Shown: in pieces, positions 1-13,041 of the stretch
How the letters are laid out: each line of letters opens with the position of its first letter
How positions within the stretch are numbered: position 1 is the first letter of the stretch
DNA from: Lingula anatina
Lineage: Eukaryota; Animalia; Brachiopoda
Assembly: GCA_051362555.1 (NCBI GenBank)
Contig: CM120642.1
Location: forward strand, 21,948,001-22,012,000
Length of the DNA: 64,000 nt
Direction of reading: 5' to 3'
Position numbers and translations under genes: made by a program
Notes under the pieces: model-generated
What the model was told of the DNA's origin: nothing
Databases searched by the model: none
What the model saw: only the letters and a program-made list of their open reading frames with translations

Positions 1-3000
1 CACCACCACCACCAATCACATCTATTAATTTCGGTGAGTGTAAAGCGTTGAGATCGGTCCAGGTTCATAAGTAATAACCGGTATTGTCGTCGATATGCGG
101 CATAGTTTAAACTTTATTCTTTAATGCCAGACCGGTGGCTGTGTCAACATATTGGTACAGATAAATAGTGTAAGCGCGGCCAATTGTTTCAAATTCTAGG
201 AGGGGGTTGACCTTGACAAATCAATGGGAATTAGAGCTTCTAGCATTAATGGGGTGGGGGATTTCTGTTTACCCGACTGTTTGTTTACATCGACTCTCCT
301 CAAGAAGGAGTCCGAGTCTGCGCAGATGCGTTTCCGGTGCATTTCCAATATTTTCAGACGACACGAAAATGCTGCATGTTGATTATCATGGTAAGTAGCA
401 TACGTGTTTATTATTTGCGAAAGATTTTCACAAGTCTATTGCTCTGCTTATTTGCGTGATTGTGCGATTGTGTGTGAGTTCGTGGTCGAATTTCTGTCCG
501 GTGATAGAGGCCGCTATATAAGAGATTTTCGCCTCAAAATTTTCCGTTTTTAGATCTACAGAGGTAATTGCTAGAATGAACTGATTTTCTTCAGTACAAG
601 TACAGTATATATTACAAAGATTGTTTGAAATATGTTTATATGTCACAATTTCAGGTTTGATTGACGGGAACAAAGTCGGCATATACACTGATATGATCGA
701 CAAAGAGCTGACCGCATCACTAGCTGCTAGCATGGTACATGTATAAATGAAACGCCAAGGTAGGGAAACTGTGTTTGTACTGCTACTGTTCATGACTTTT
801 CATATATTACACAATCATAATTGTTCCATGTTGTTTTTCCCCATCTTCCCATAGCTGTTGGTATCCTATTAGACTTGCACTTTTATTATGTACATACATG
901 GTGTTTACTTTTGCCATCATCTTGTTGCTGTTGTCATCACGATGCACTTTCAGAGATGACATGATAAGTGGAAAACCATTTGACCCATTGTCTTCAAATT
1001 TACAGGACTGATGAATATTAGGAAAATATAGATCCAGTTCAAAAAACGGTTTGATTGGACCAGTTTTAAATTAAGTTTAATTTTTTCAGTTTGTATAATA
1101 CTACATGTATATGTAATTTAGATGACACATTAAGGGTATTGTAAGCCTTTAGTGTCATCCAGACACCAAAAAGGAGTTTTTTCCTGCATCTAATTACTCA
1201 ACTATTTGTATCTTTTGTGTGTAAATCTCTTCTAGTAGATGTACATAATCATGGTAGATAACATTATTTAACATTTTGTTGGATCAGTGGGAGCATTAAA
1301 GTGGAATTACCTGGCTAACGAAGTAAAACCGTGGAAGTGATTTGCTTTTTGGTTTTACTTTGTTGTATTTTTGATATGCTGTATGGTATGTGATGGTAAA
1401 CTAGAATCAATGTTAATTCTCCAAAGGATTGGCAGGCCCATAGCCGGGGGGGGGGGGGGGGGGGTCAAAAGAACCACCCGTTTTGTCAGGAAGAGGTCCA
1501 TTTTGGAAAAAATTTTACCTAGGTACACATAAGTTTCATTGAAGTTTCATAAGTTTCATTGAATGAAGTGCCTAGAGTTTGAACTTCAAAATAATTATGT
1601 TTTATTTAAGATTGAAGAAACTAAAGCAAACAAGACCAGGTGTAGATGCAATAACTGTACGATTTATATTGTAGGTAGGAGATTGTATGTTGACATTTTG
1701 TAATGAATATTTAAAAAGAACAAAATCATTAAATGATGCAAATGGTCAGGATAAATTTTTATAGGTAGCAGAATGCCCTTTTTGTCAGTTTCAAGAGACA
1801 CAATAGCCAGACAGATTAGAACATTGGTGTACCAATTCACTAGTGGGCTAGATTTGGTCTTAAAGTGCAATTCAAGTTCACAAGTGATCTTACACTATCT
1901 TAATCATTATAGCAGTAGTCTTAAAATGGACTGAATCTGCTTTTAAGGTAAAAAATGATCTGACATCTATTTAAGTGGTCAAGCAGTTTCATCCCCTCAC
2001 AATGGGGATACCTCCCCTCAAAATAGAGGACACCTCTGCTCACAATAGGAGAATGTGTAAAGCCTGCCGCACACAGAACAATTTTTCGCCAGCTCACAAA
2101 AGTCGGCCGCTTGGTCATCCTGGATGAGATCAGTACACACACATGACAAGCTGTCGCAACAAAGCGCCGACTGGTGTGGTGAAAATGACATAGTTATTAT
2201 CTCGTCCGCGAGGTGGGGCGTTGTTTAATCAGGAAAAGTTTCTGTAGGCCTATTTATATTTTATTTCTGATATTGTAATGATAAGAGTTAAAATTAAATG
2301 TAAGAGTATAACAAGATTACTTTAATTAATTTAATTGAAAAATGAGCAAATTGAAATGCCCATATTTTCTAAATCAACGCAATACTCATAGACCATAAAA
2401 ATACAGCCTATAGGATGACAACAGTTTGTCAGTTTAGACAGATTTAGTCGCCTCGATGCAGCGTTAAATGGTTAATGACGCTGAAAATTAAAAAAAAAAC
2501 TAATACTAATAGAAAATTATAGGGCCTTCCATCATACTGAATTGAATTGGATTCTGACATGGGCACGTGATATCAGAGGACGCAACCATTGGCCGAAGAT
2601 AATGATCAGCGTGACAAATTGTCTTAGGAAAGCGCACACACTACAGTACGATGTTTAAATAGTGTGGTTTCATTCAACCTGAGCCACAGCAGTGACTGCA
2701 AAAAAGGCAGCATGAATTTCAATTGATAACACTTTAAAAGCAGCTGGATTGCTTTAAAAAAAGACCAAGTATTGTAAATTATAATGGCAAAGAATTTTCA
2801 GAAGCAGTTTTAAATACTTAGATAAAGTATGTTGAACTATTCAATTGAGCTATAATTGCTCTCATAATTACCAGCAAAGGTATGTGCTATGAGTGTGCAT
2901 GTGTTCTCGCCTAAAACAGGGATTTTGTACGGCCTCATTTGTGTGGAAATGAAATAGAATAAAATAATTAAATGAAATTCATTGAAATTTGATTAGAGTT

Positions 3001-3332
3001 CTATGGAGTTTCTAATTCAAATGAGAGGTAATTAGCCCACCCACCTCCCCTTCTTCCATAACAAAAGGGTGGAGTACCTGTTTACATATTTAGATATGTA
3101 TAACTGTATATAATGTGTTGATGTTATTATGTGTCTTAGATAACATTAAGCATTGATTTCACTTGCTTGTAGTCACCATATTTCTACTTTAATGTATCTT
3201 TTATGATCAAATACAGCTACATATTTCATGTTTTTCTTATTAATTCTGTTCGAAGCATCTGTCAGTCAGATGACTTATTTTTCAGATATTTAAAATTAAT
3301 CAAATAATCAGCCATTCTGTGTATCTTTGTAG

Positions 3333-3548
3333 AAGCACAGTCATACCCTGAGAGTTGGTATTGTCCACAACCCCCGCAGTCCCAGTACCAAGTTGTATGA
3401 AGGCAGCCAGATTCCACTGGCCATCCACACAGTACTGGGAACTCGGGTCCCACACACTGCCAGGAGCTTTGTCACCTATCTGCTGAAAGAGGACAACATA
3501 CATGCCATACTGGAAGGGACAAAGTCACTCAGTGACTTGGAAGTTCGT
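3333..3548 (+). pseudogene. UGGT: UGGT exon from the thioredoxin-like middle region, frame open
   Basis: ctttgtAG|AAG...CGT|GTaagc, 216 nt. Translates to KHSHTLRVGIVHNPRSPSTKLYEGSQIPLAIHTVLGTRVPHTARSFVTYLLKEDNIHAILEGTKSLSDLEVR, which resembles the vertebrate UGGT1 segment KSSNNVRISMINNP...ISRAIWAALQTQ..AKNFITKM as recalled. Confidence 0.75.
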
Positions 3549-3555
3549 GTAAGCA

Positions 3556-3565
3556 TCTCTCCCTG

Positions 3566-3603
<38 letters not shown>
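3556..3603. repeat. (CT)n microsatellite
   Basis: Imperfect CT run immediately after the 3548 splice donor. Confidence 0.9.
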
Positions 3604-5920
3604 ATGTGGTTGTTTGAATGGTTACTGTTACCACCATCCATTACTCACTAAAGGTCATATGGGGTTTGTAGGTCTTTTAACAAAGGTCTTTTAAAAAAGA
3701 ACAAAGGTCTTTTAAGAAAGGTCTTTTAAAAAAGAAAAGACATACAGTCATTTGCCAAATACAGAATTTTATGCTGTAACAAAGTCACAAAACTCTGCAA
3801 CTGGTGATCTTACAAAATATGACAACACACTGGTTTAAAATCATGTTGAAGTCACAATATGCCACCAGTACTATATTCCATAATACATTTGATGCCATTT
3901 AGATTTAACCCTCAATCACCTTTCAGGGGCCTCGCAGGCCCGGACCCATGTATCTTTTGCTCTCTCTTCGTTTGCATGAGGTTTTGAGCCTGTTCCTTTC
4001 ATGTAATGCTCAAGCAACTTATACCCCATCAGTGGATAAATAATTAGTTTTGAAATGATTTACAACATATGTAGAAATTAACTTTTCCAAAAGTTAGTCC
4101 CATTTCCTGGAAACCGGGCCTCTTAGGCCCGGTCGCTTGATAATTTTACTTCCACATGGGATAAATAAGTCCATGTTACCTCAAATAGCTTTGCTATAAA
4201 ATGTTTTACACAAGCAATATCATGTGTGCTATGACTATCAGTATGGTCAATGAAATCTGCCTGTGAAAGATTCAAGACCTGGAGAAATTATTATTTATGA
4301 GTAATCGGTCACCTGATATGCAGATATCAGTTTAAATCTATCATTATTAGATACCTGATAGACTGCGCTACCTTTGCGAAACTTTCCATTTTGAGAAAAA
4401 AAATGTTTTTCTGCATTTTCCATACACAGTGTATACTCATGCACCCAGGTGGAGGTAAAGGGAGCAAGGGACTGGTGTAACATGAAAATCTGACTCCCCC
4501 AGTCAGATTTTCATGATGAAAATCTGACTCCCCATGAAAATTTGACTCCCCCACCACAAATGTTCATAAATCTTATTTTATTTGAGTATATGACTGTGAT
4601 ATTGTAGTATGTAAAATGGAGGATACTTTGGCACTTTTTTTAAAGTTTGCAGGTGAATATTTTCATGAAAAAAATATGAAAATTAAAAATGTGCACTTAA
4701 CCGCCCATGAAAAAAATATGAAAATTAAAAATGTGCACTTAACCGCCCATTGTCTCCCCTTTGAAAAAGCTATTTATTTGATATTGGATGATCATTTCTA
4801 CTTCTTTCCTTTAAATTTACTTTATGAAGATTATATTGGAAATATTTGAAAGTTTGATGGTAAACTATTGGGTGAAAAAACTAAAAAAAAACATGAAAAA
4901 TAGAAAATTTAAAATGTGCATTTTATCACCCAATAACTCCCCTATGAAAAAGCTATTTATTGTACCACCAGCGTTAGCGCTGGCGGTACACATGGTTTTA
5001 GTCCCGTCCGGTCCGTTCCGCCGGCTCCGCCGCCATGTTACCGTTACCGCTTCTCCTCCTAGATGGTAAGGGCCCCCATACCCATCTCTTGGATTTAGGT
5101 CACCTATAATCTCAACTCGTTCCACGTAAAATTTGGGCTTTGTCGGTATTGGGGTCTAGGTGTGGCACTCATTGCAATGCACCCTTGTCCAAAAATGGCA
5201 AAATTAAATGCTAATTATCTACCCTACGGAAGGAATTATGGGAAAAATTTCTACAGACGGCTTTCCAAAAGTCATATGTGTAGATTTCAAATATGCCCTT
5301 GGATTTGACCTTTGACCTTTATTTCAAGGTCAAACGGGCAAAAATTTTCAAAAAAATGAATTTTTTTACGAAAAAAAATTTATTTGCGCTGTTATTCAGA
5401 CACTACACAGACTTAACCAATAATATTATTAGAAAATGTTACCCTTCAGGTCATCTTTCATCTGTGTGAATTTGGGGTCAATCGGTGCATTTTCACGGGT
5501 GTAGCGGCCATAAGATACCGAAACTGAAAACTGTCTCTAATTCGGGAAACGTTAATGCTAGAGACCCATTCTTTTTTGCATTTTGTAGAGCATGTAAAGC
5601 CCAACACTGGAGGTGGTCTCCGTTTTTTTGTATTCCATACGGTTTTTGAGTTACGCTGTATCAAAAAGTACATATTGGTGGTGAAAGCAAAATGTGCAGT
5701 ACGGTAATGGATAATAAATTTTGAACTCCGCTTGGCAAAGCAGACAACTTGTGGTCAAAAATGACATTATTTCATCAAATTTGAACTTCTGGAACTTCAG
5801 AGCACCTCCCATTTCAAGAATTTTGACCAAAATGACCTTTTCTTTATTTTAATTAATTTTTTCTGTAGGAAATTTATGGCACATTAAGGTAACTCCAAAA
5901 TTATAACATTTAGTCCCTTA

Positions 5921-7226
5921 TATCTCCAAAACTGGCAGAGATAGGTCCATAGTTACTATTGAAGTTGAATAGGAAGTCATATACTGGCAATCTAAATGTG
6001 ACCTTAAAATTGACCTTTGACCTACTTTTCACCATGAACTGAACTTTGCAAATTTTGCCTCCCTTTTATCTCCAAAACTGGCAGAGATAGGTCCATAGTT
6101 TCTATTGAACTTGAATATGAAGTCATATACTGGCAATCTAAATGTGACCTTGAAATTGACCTTTGACCTACTTTTTACCATGAACTGAACTTTGGAAATT
6201 TTGCTTCCCTTTTATCTCCAAAACTAGCAGAGATAGGTCCATAGTTACTATTGAAGTTGAATATGAAGTCATATACTGGCAATCTGAATGTGACCTTGAA
6301 ATTGACCTTTGACCTACTTTTCACCATGAACTGAACTCTGCTAATTTCTTTCTCTTTTAACTCCAAACCTGGCAGAGATAGGTCCATAGTTACTATTGAA
6401 GTTGAATAGGAAGTCATATATTGGAAATTCAAATGTGACCTTGAAATTGACCTTTGACCTACTTTTTATCATGAATTGAACTTTGCAAATTTTGGTTCCC
6501 TTTTATCTCCAAAACTGGCAGAGATAGGTCCATAGTTACTATTGAACTTGAAAAGGAAGTCATATACTGGCAATCTTACTGTGACCTTGAAATTGACCTT
6601 TGACCTACTTTTCATCATGAACTGAACTTTGCAAATTTTGCTTCCCTTTTATCTCCAAAGTTACGCTGTATCAAAAAGTACATTTTGGTGGTTAAAGCAA
6701 AATGTGCAGTACGGTAATGGATAATAAATTTTGAACTCCGGAAAAATAAAACATAAGGCTTGGCAAAGCAGGCAACTTGTGGTCGAAAATGACATTATTT
6801 CATCAAATTTGAACATCTGGAACTTCAGAGCACCTCCCATTTCAAGAGTTTTGACTAAAATGACCTTTTCTTTATTTTAATTAATTTTTTCCGTAGGAAA
6901 TTTATGGCTCGTTATGGTAACTCCAAAATTATAACATTTAGTCCCTTATATCTCCAAAACTGGCAGAGATTAGTCCATAGTTACTATTGAAGTTGAATAG
7001 GAAGTCATGTACTGGCAATCTTACTGTGACCTTGAAATTGACCTTTGACCTACTTTTCACCATGAACTGAACTTTGCAAATTTTGCTTCCCTTTTATCTC
7101 TAAAACTGGCAGAGATAGGTCCATAGTTACTATTGAACTTGAATAGGAAGTCATATACTGGCAATCTAAGTGTGACCTTGAAATTGACCTTTGACCTACT
7201 TATAATCATGAACTGAACTCTGCTAA
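5921..7226 (+). repeat. About 146-bp tandem array inside the family-1 HINE
   Basis: TATCTCCAAAACTGGCAGAGATAGGTCC recurs at about 5921, 6067, 6213, 6358, 6503, 6949 and 7095. Sequence 6660-6950 duplicates 5650-5920. The array resumes at 8939. Confidence 0.93.
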
Positions 7227-8938
7227 TAGAGGCTGTCCGGGTTCTCAACGAGAAGACCAAGTTTCCCCGTGATTTTACGAGATCTGCCTTGAGGTGGGGT
7301 TAGAATATGGAGTCCACAAGGAAGTAGAGCAGCGATTTCTTTACTTGAAAAATAGCTGAACTTACACATTGGATGGATGCCTTATCAGAACATTAGACTT
7401 GCCTGCATCTTTGATTTAATTTCACTAAATTTATAGTAACTAATTCAAAAGGCTCGAGTTTGATCATAAAGTTAATTTTCTTCATTTATTTACTTATGAA
7501 AATGATGCTAATAGAAACTAATGGATAGCATTCACAAAATGTAAGTTTCATTGTGATCAGATCCGACTTAAATGACAGGAAAGATGACAAAAGAAAGTAT
7601 TAAAATGGACAACATATAAGTTGAAATTTTCACAAAATCATTGCATTTTATTGACAGTTATACACAAATGCAACAAATAAACACATCACAGGCGAACTTA
7701 TATTTGTGATCTGAGTAAATGATATGAAAAACAGGTGTCATATAGTTATTAAAAAAAGTCACTACAGTAACATAAGAATGATACTAGCAAGTAAAATAAT
7801 TTTCTTCATTAAATCACTAGTGCAGTACAATACATAGGCCTATATACATATATATATTCATAAAACCAAATATTTCATTTTAAAGTAATAAAGAAAATGC
7901 CTGATACTGTAAGTGACAGCCAGAAAAAAATGCCATCTGTTGACTCCTGATATAATTAAGTAAACAACATAATAACTAAGGACATAAGAGATTAATATAC
8001 ACTGAGCAATCTTCAACATCTGATTATCCTGACCACATGACTCTCGCAGTTCTTGACTGGTTCAATAACATGTGCTGTGTCTGTCATGCTCTAAAATAAA
8101 TAAAAAATAACTCACTTAGTTTTCTGAAATATATATCATTATGTGATAAACGTTGTTGTAAAATACCAACTCTAATTTCCACCTTACTTGCAAATTGCAA
8201 TTATCATAACTGACCACCCGGCATGGAATGTTACAACTGAACATTGTGTATACTTAATAGGTGTGGAAGGTTCACCAGTATTTCATAATCAGGTACACGT
8301 TATATGGAGATAGGAATGGTACAAGCAAATTTGTCTGATATAGTTACCGTAAAAGACTATTAATCACAAGTACTAGGGCTGTATTACATTAATAAACCAT
8401 GGTGTCCTGTAAACTACACACAAAACTTATAGTGTACTTATTAATATGCCCCTCGACCGTTGATGATACGGTCTGTACGGTGATGCCATGGAGCCAGTGA
8501 CGTGCAGGGTGCGAGTTGTCTGCAGTTGGTCCCTTTCTTTCTACAAAATACTGCAACCTGATCTGTACTTTTAAATATTTCGGCATTTAGTCCTTTTAAT
8601 CTAATCAAGCCCAACTTCTCTTTCTTCACTTCACTTCTCTCGCCAGTCGTGTCCGTCATCCATAGTCATTTTCCTGGTTTTCTCGCTTTACTTTATCTGC
8701 AATGCACCCTACGACACAACATTAGCAATTCGCCATTGCGTTGCTCTATCTCAAATTACATGACAACGCCAAATTTTACTCAATGCAATCCTAAAACATA
8801 GACTTGTGCCTGACCGCGAGAGAAGTTTCAATGGCAGATTTTAACCCCACCTCTCGTGAAATCTCGCTCCAATCCAGGTCTCGTTTGACGTCATCTGCTG
8901 CGCAGATGTTCAAAATAGGCTATCCTGGACATCTCCTA
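7227..8938. mobile_element. 1.7-kb TIR element inserted at TAA|TTT with no evident target-site duplication (Spy-like)
   Basis: Ends are TAGAGGCTGTCCGGG and CCTGGACATCTCCTA, with subterminal inverted repeat GAGGTGGGGTTA/TAACCCCACCTC. The empty site CTCTGCTAATTTCTTTCTC is present in a sister repeat at about 6336. Confidence 0.75.
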
Positions 8939-10415
8939 TTTCTTTCTCTTTTAACTCCAAACCTGGCAGAGATAGGTCCATAGTTACTATTGAAGTTGAA
9001 TAGAAAGTCATATACTGGCAATTTACTGTGACCTTGAAATTGACCTTTGATCTACCTTACGATGAACTTAACTTTGATTGTACCATTTTAAGTTATATAT
9101 ATTTTTTGCGTATTTTGAAAATTCATGTTGATTGCATTTTTATAGCTTGTCAAGCATAAGACTGGTGGCTGTGTCCCTTATTTTGTGTATGTGGGGGTCT
9201 ATACAAATGCGCTTGCTCCAGCTGGTGGTACAATATTCGGAGGCGGTATCGCCTCTCTGATCCTCTAGTTTGATATTTGATGATCATTCTGACATCTTTT
9301 CTATTAGGATACTTTATGAAAAATATATTGGAAATATTTAAAAGTTTGATGATAAAATAGTGAGTGAAAGAATGAAAAATAAATCATGAAAATCTTCATT
9401 TTTATACCCATGAAATTTGGATTCCCATGAAGAAAAGGACCTATTTTATATTCAGTCACCATAGCATTGTTTTCTACATAGTTTGCACAGAGATGTACAT
9501 TTTGTTATTATTTGAAAGTTTGGTGGTGAAAATTTTGGTGAATATTTTTAAAACAAGTATTCATCTTACTACCTGTAGGTTTTGCACTTCCATGTCAAAA
9601 TGCTACATTTTTAACTCAAGAAATTGGCCCCATCGCCTTTTTACTGAATTCTTCTTATATAGCATACCCAGTATTTTACCATTCAAACTTTCAAATATTT
9701 CCAATATATTCTTCATTAAGTATCCTTAAAGAAAAGATGTCAGAATGATCAAATATCAAATAGATAGCCTTTTCATAGGGGAGTCATTGGGTGTTACAAT
9801 ACAAATCTTTAATTTTTCTTATTTTTCATGTGTTTTTTATTATTTTTTTCACCCAATTTTTTAACCATCAAACTTTCAAGTACTTTCAATATATTCCTCA
9901 TAAAGTATCCTCAAAGAAAAGATGTCAGAATGTTCATCAAATATCAAATAAATAGCTTTTTCATAGGGGGGTCATTGGGTGTTCGAATATAAATCTTTAA
10001 TTTATCTTATTTTTTAATGTGTTTATTATTATTATTATTTTTTTCACCCAATTTTTTAACCATTAAACTTTCAAGTACTTTCAATATATTCCTCATAAAG
10101 TATCCTCAAAGAAAAGATGTTGAAATGGTAATCAAATGTCAAATAAATAGCTTTTTCACAGGGGAGTCCTTGGGTGGTAAAATACAAATCTTTAATTTTT
10201 TTTTATTTTTTTCATGAAAATCTTCACCTGCAAACTAACAAAAAGTGCCAATGTGTCCTCCATTATGCATACTACAAGATCATAGTCATTTACTCAAATT
10301 AAATTAGATTTTTGAATGTTTTTTGATGGGAGTCAGATTTTCATGGTACACTGGGCCTCTGAGGCCCGGTTTCAGGGTTTACGTAGGGTTCCATTTCCTT
10401 GTGGATGAGGGTTAA

Positions 10416-11872
10416 GAAGTAAATGCTGGACCAAAATGGTTCCTTCTCAATATCAGGCATATAACTTAGGTTTGGGAGGAAAGACCACTTTGACTTCCAA
10501 TCTGTCTGCATTATAGCATACATGCCAGTACTACATGGCTTGAAGTCAGCAGATTATGCTTTGTCACAGTGGCAAGATGAGTTCACTGAATATATCCTGT
10601 AAGGAGCACTCAAAAGTCAGGAAAAGTCTCTCACTATCCAACTCATCCCTGCTTTGGACCCTCAAGAAAAGTTCCTCGTCTTTTGGTGGAGAGCCATGGA
10701 GTTCCTCTTCCAAGTAAAAAAAATCTCTTCTTCAGGACATCATACTGGCAGTTTCTCATAATCTTAAAGGTCTAAAAAAGCAAATCAAAATTTACATTAT
10801 GTGTTGCCAATATGGAAAAATAATTGATGAAAGAGAAATCATGCACCTATAATGCCTAATATAAGACAAATGATTATCAGCTGATTAAAATTCTGCTTAC
10901 TCTAAACACATGTTCAGTCCCATGTTGGATCATCTGGATCCTTTAATTTCCTCTTCTTCAGCATCTTCCTCCTCTTCCATCTGCACTTCTTCCAGTTCAG
11001 GCATCCCATAGGAAAATGTTACCTTGATACGGCAACCAAAAAAAAAAGCAACATTACATAAAATTAAGATAGTCAAGTTTAAGAAAAATCATGTAAAAAC
11101 ATAATTGAAATAAGCATAAAACTCAGCTGAAATAAGTATAAATGCCATTTTTCTCAATATGATCGACTTCAATTATCTAGACTATCATCTTCAACTGCAC
11201 TAGTATTAACTACAACTTGATTTAGATGCCTAAAGAAATAGCATCTTGGTCATACGTCTTGAATACTGTTTTTTGTCTGCCCAGATGTAAGAGGCACAAG
11301 TAATGTGCCCTCGGTAAGTCAACATTTCGCCCCAGTCATTGTAATGTACATGTAATGAGACTAGTATCTCCCACCATGTCCATTTCCATTTAAACTTTCT
11401 TTGCTGTATAAACTAATCCAAACCCTGTCAGAGTCGACATATGAGCAACACTTGTAATTTCTGTCATCGATACCAATCATATTTGTTACAATTTCATGGC
11501 ATATTTTGACAGACGAGCCTGACTGAATCGTTAAGAAACACAACAAACACACATAAATAAACATTAATCTATGTGCTTAATAAATGTTTTCACTGGTGTC
11601 TTATCTCAAACATTATTGTAAATGGTACTCACAAATCCAGTAAATATTTCGCGGCCTGGCGATCCTTCGTATCCATGGCCACCCAAGCAGGTTTCATCTG
11701 CCTTCTTCCTTTGCCGGTGTTTATTGTTTGTTTGTCGTACATTTGCTGATACACTGTTTTACGCATTTTCTTTTCTGGTGTTGATTTTTGTAAAGGGTGT
11801 TTCCTTTTTTCTTTTTGTTATCTTTCCTACCTTCTTCGATGGAGTCCCAGCTAACTGAGCCTCCTGTTCCAT
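10416..11872 (-). pseudogene. Decayed spliced gene fragment, probably transposon-derived
   Basis: ATG at 11872 opens a basic exon with a frameshift in an A run, ending DTKDRQAAKYLLD|GTGAGT (donor at 11632). An acidic exon at about 11020-10901 ends |GTAAGC. An exon from 10771 contains DSERLFLTFECSLQDIF. It is interrupted at the TTAA of the piggyBac-like element. Confidence 0.45.
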
Positions 11873-11954
11873 GTTGTCTTTTCCCGGCAGCTTGAACTGG
11901 TTTTAACTAGGTCGCAATACGAGAATCTCACGATATCTGGAAGTCTAAAGAGTT

Positions 11955-12190
11955 CAGTGGAATCTGGCTGCCTTCATACAACTTGGTACTGGGACTGCGG
12001 GGGTTGTGGACAATACCAACTCTCAGGGTATGACTGTGCTTCTACAAAGATACACAGAATGGCTGATTATTTGATTAATTTTAAATATCTGAAAAATAAG
12101 TCATCTGACTGACAGATGCTTCGAACAGAATTAATAAGAAAAACATGAAATATGTAGCTGTATTTGATCATAAAAGATACATTAAAGTAG
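11955..12190 (-). repeat. Inverted duplicate of 3184-3419 (intron end plus first 87 nt of the UGGT exon)
   Basis: 236-bp reverse-complement match with no mismatch seen by eye. Confidence 0.95.
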
Positions 12191-12448
12191 CAACCCACAT
12201 AATCTACGTTAACTACGATAATTGTCATCAAACTCTCTCTGTGCCAGCCTAGCCATAGTGGAAAACGAGCTACGACCGACTTACTCCACCTAACTAGCAG
12301 GCGTAAATTTACGACTAAGTTAAGACCGACGTAAACACTACTCCAGTTTGGTGCAACTGGCTTTTCTCGGGCGTAGCATTTTGCACCCGGTTTACGCCGG
12401 CGCAACTGCTACGCCTCACTTACGACCGGTTGGTGCAACTGGGCCCTG
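12191..12448. mobile_element. Truncated CpG-rich TIR-element fragment, possibly a Harbinger-like end
   Basis: Ends GGTTGGTGCAACTGGGCCCTG with an internal TTGGTGCAACTGG repeat. It begins exactly at the edge of the inverted duplicate. Confidence 0.4.
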
Positions 12449-12955
12449 AAGAGTAATCTGTTTAAAACCTTCCATAGAAAAGTGACCTGGGAGTACAGGC
12501 TATGATGTATTTAGGTATAGCAAAGTGCTTCTCTGAGGATATTTTTTATCTTATCTGTAATTATTGAATTAAAATTCACATTTTATTTTTAGGTATGATG
12601 GCAGTCTCATAAATGTGTTGCTTTGTGTATATTTGGTATAAGGGACATCCTAGAATATTGCTGATACTAAAGCTTACCTAGTTGGATATCTTAAAGTTTA
12701 AACACACTCTTTTACATGCATGTAATTGGCATTTATTGTTTTTAAAACTTCTTCACTTACTTCAGACACAAATTAGATGTAGTGTTATTAGTGGATCATT
12801 TTTTTCTTCAATTTTGCAGGGGTTCTTTTTATGTGCAGACATTGCATTGTACATTTTCTTCTGTGCTGTCACTATTGTTAGTTTTTCTCGTTTGAATAAT
12901 TCTGGCAATTGACAAAATGCTTGAAATATTAACTTGCCTTAAATCACTATTTTAG

Positions 12956-13041
12956 GGTTATTTCCAACTGAAAGCTTAGCCAGGGGCTTGGATGTTACAA
13001 CTTTGACATGAACGTTCAGAGGAAATCTACAAGATAGCAAG
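12956..13041 (+). pseudogene. UGGT: UGGT exon GYFQLKA*PGAWMLQL*HERSEEIYKIA
   Basis: tttAG|GGT...AAG|GTtagt. In-frame TAG at 12977 and TGA at 13004 fall inside the conserved GYFQLKANPGAW..LR.GRS motif. Confidence 0.92.

Larger units (their letters stand above)
4957..9269 (+). mobile_element. Helentron-associated non-autonomous element (HINE/DINE-1-like), family 1
   Basis: 5' subTIR TTGTACCACCAGC with adjacent palindrome and GTCC-like tract, internal tandem array, 3' subTIR GCTGGTGGTACAA, GAGGCG/CGCCTC hairpin and CTAG-TT end. It splits the host motif AGCTATTTATTTGATATT (intact at about 4768) at a T run without a target-site duplication. Confidence 0.82.
3909..10411. mobile_element. Non-autonomous piggyBac-like element with long internal inverted arms; hosts nested insertions
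   Basis: TTAA|CCCTCAATCAC ... GTGGATGAGGG|TTAA. The subterminal motif GGGCCTC.NAGGCCCGG occurs near both ends. Sequence at about 4480-4950 plus 9270-9430 is the inverted counterpart of about 9640-10345. Confidence 0.72.

Noticed and set aside
1446-1464. Poly-G tract as a functional G-quadruplex
   Set aside because: It lies inside a partial MITE related to 30553-30739, and homopolymer length is unreliable.
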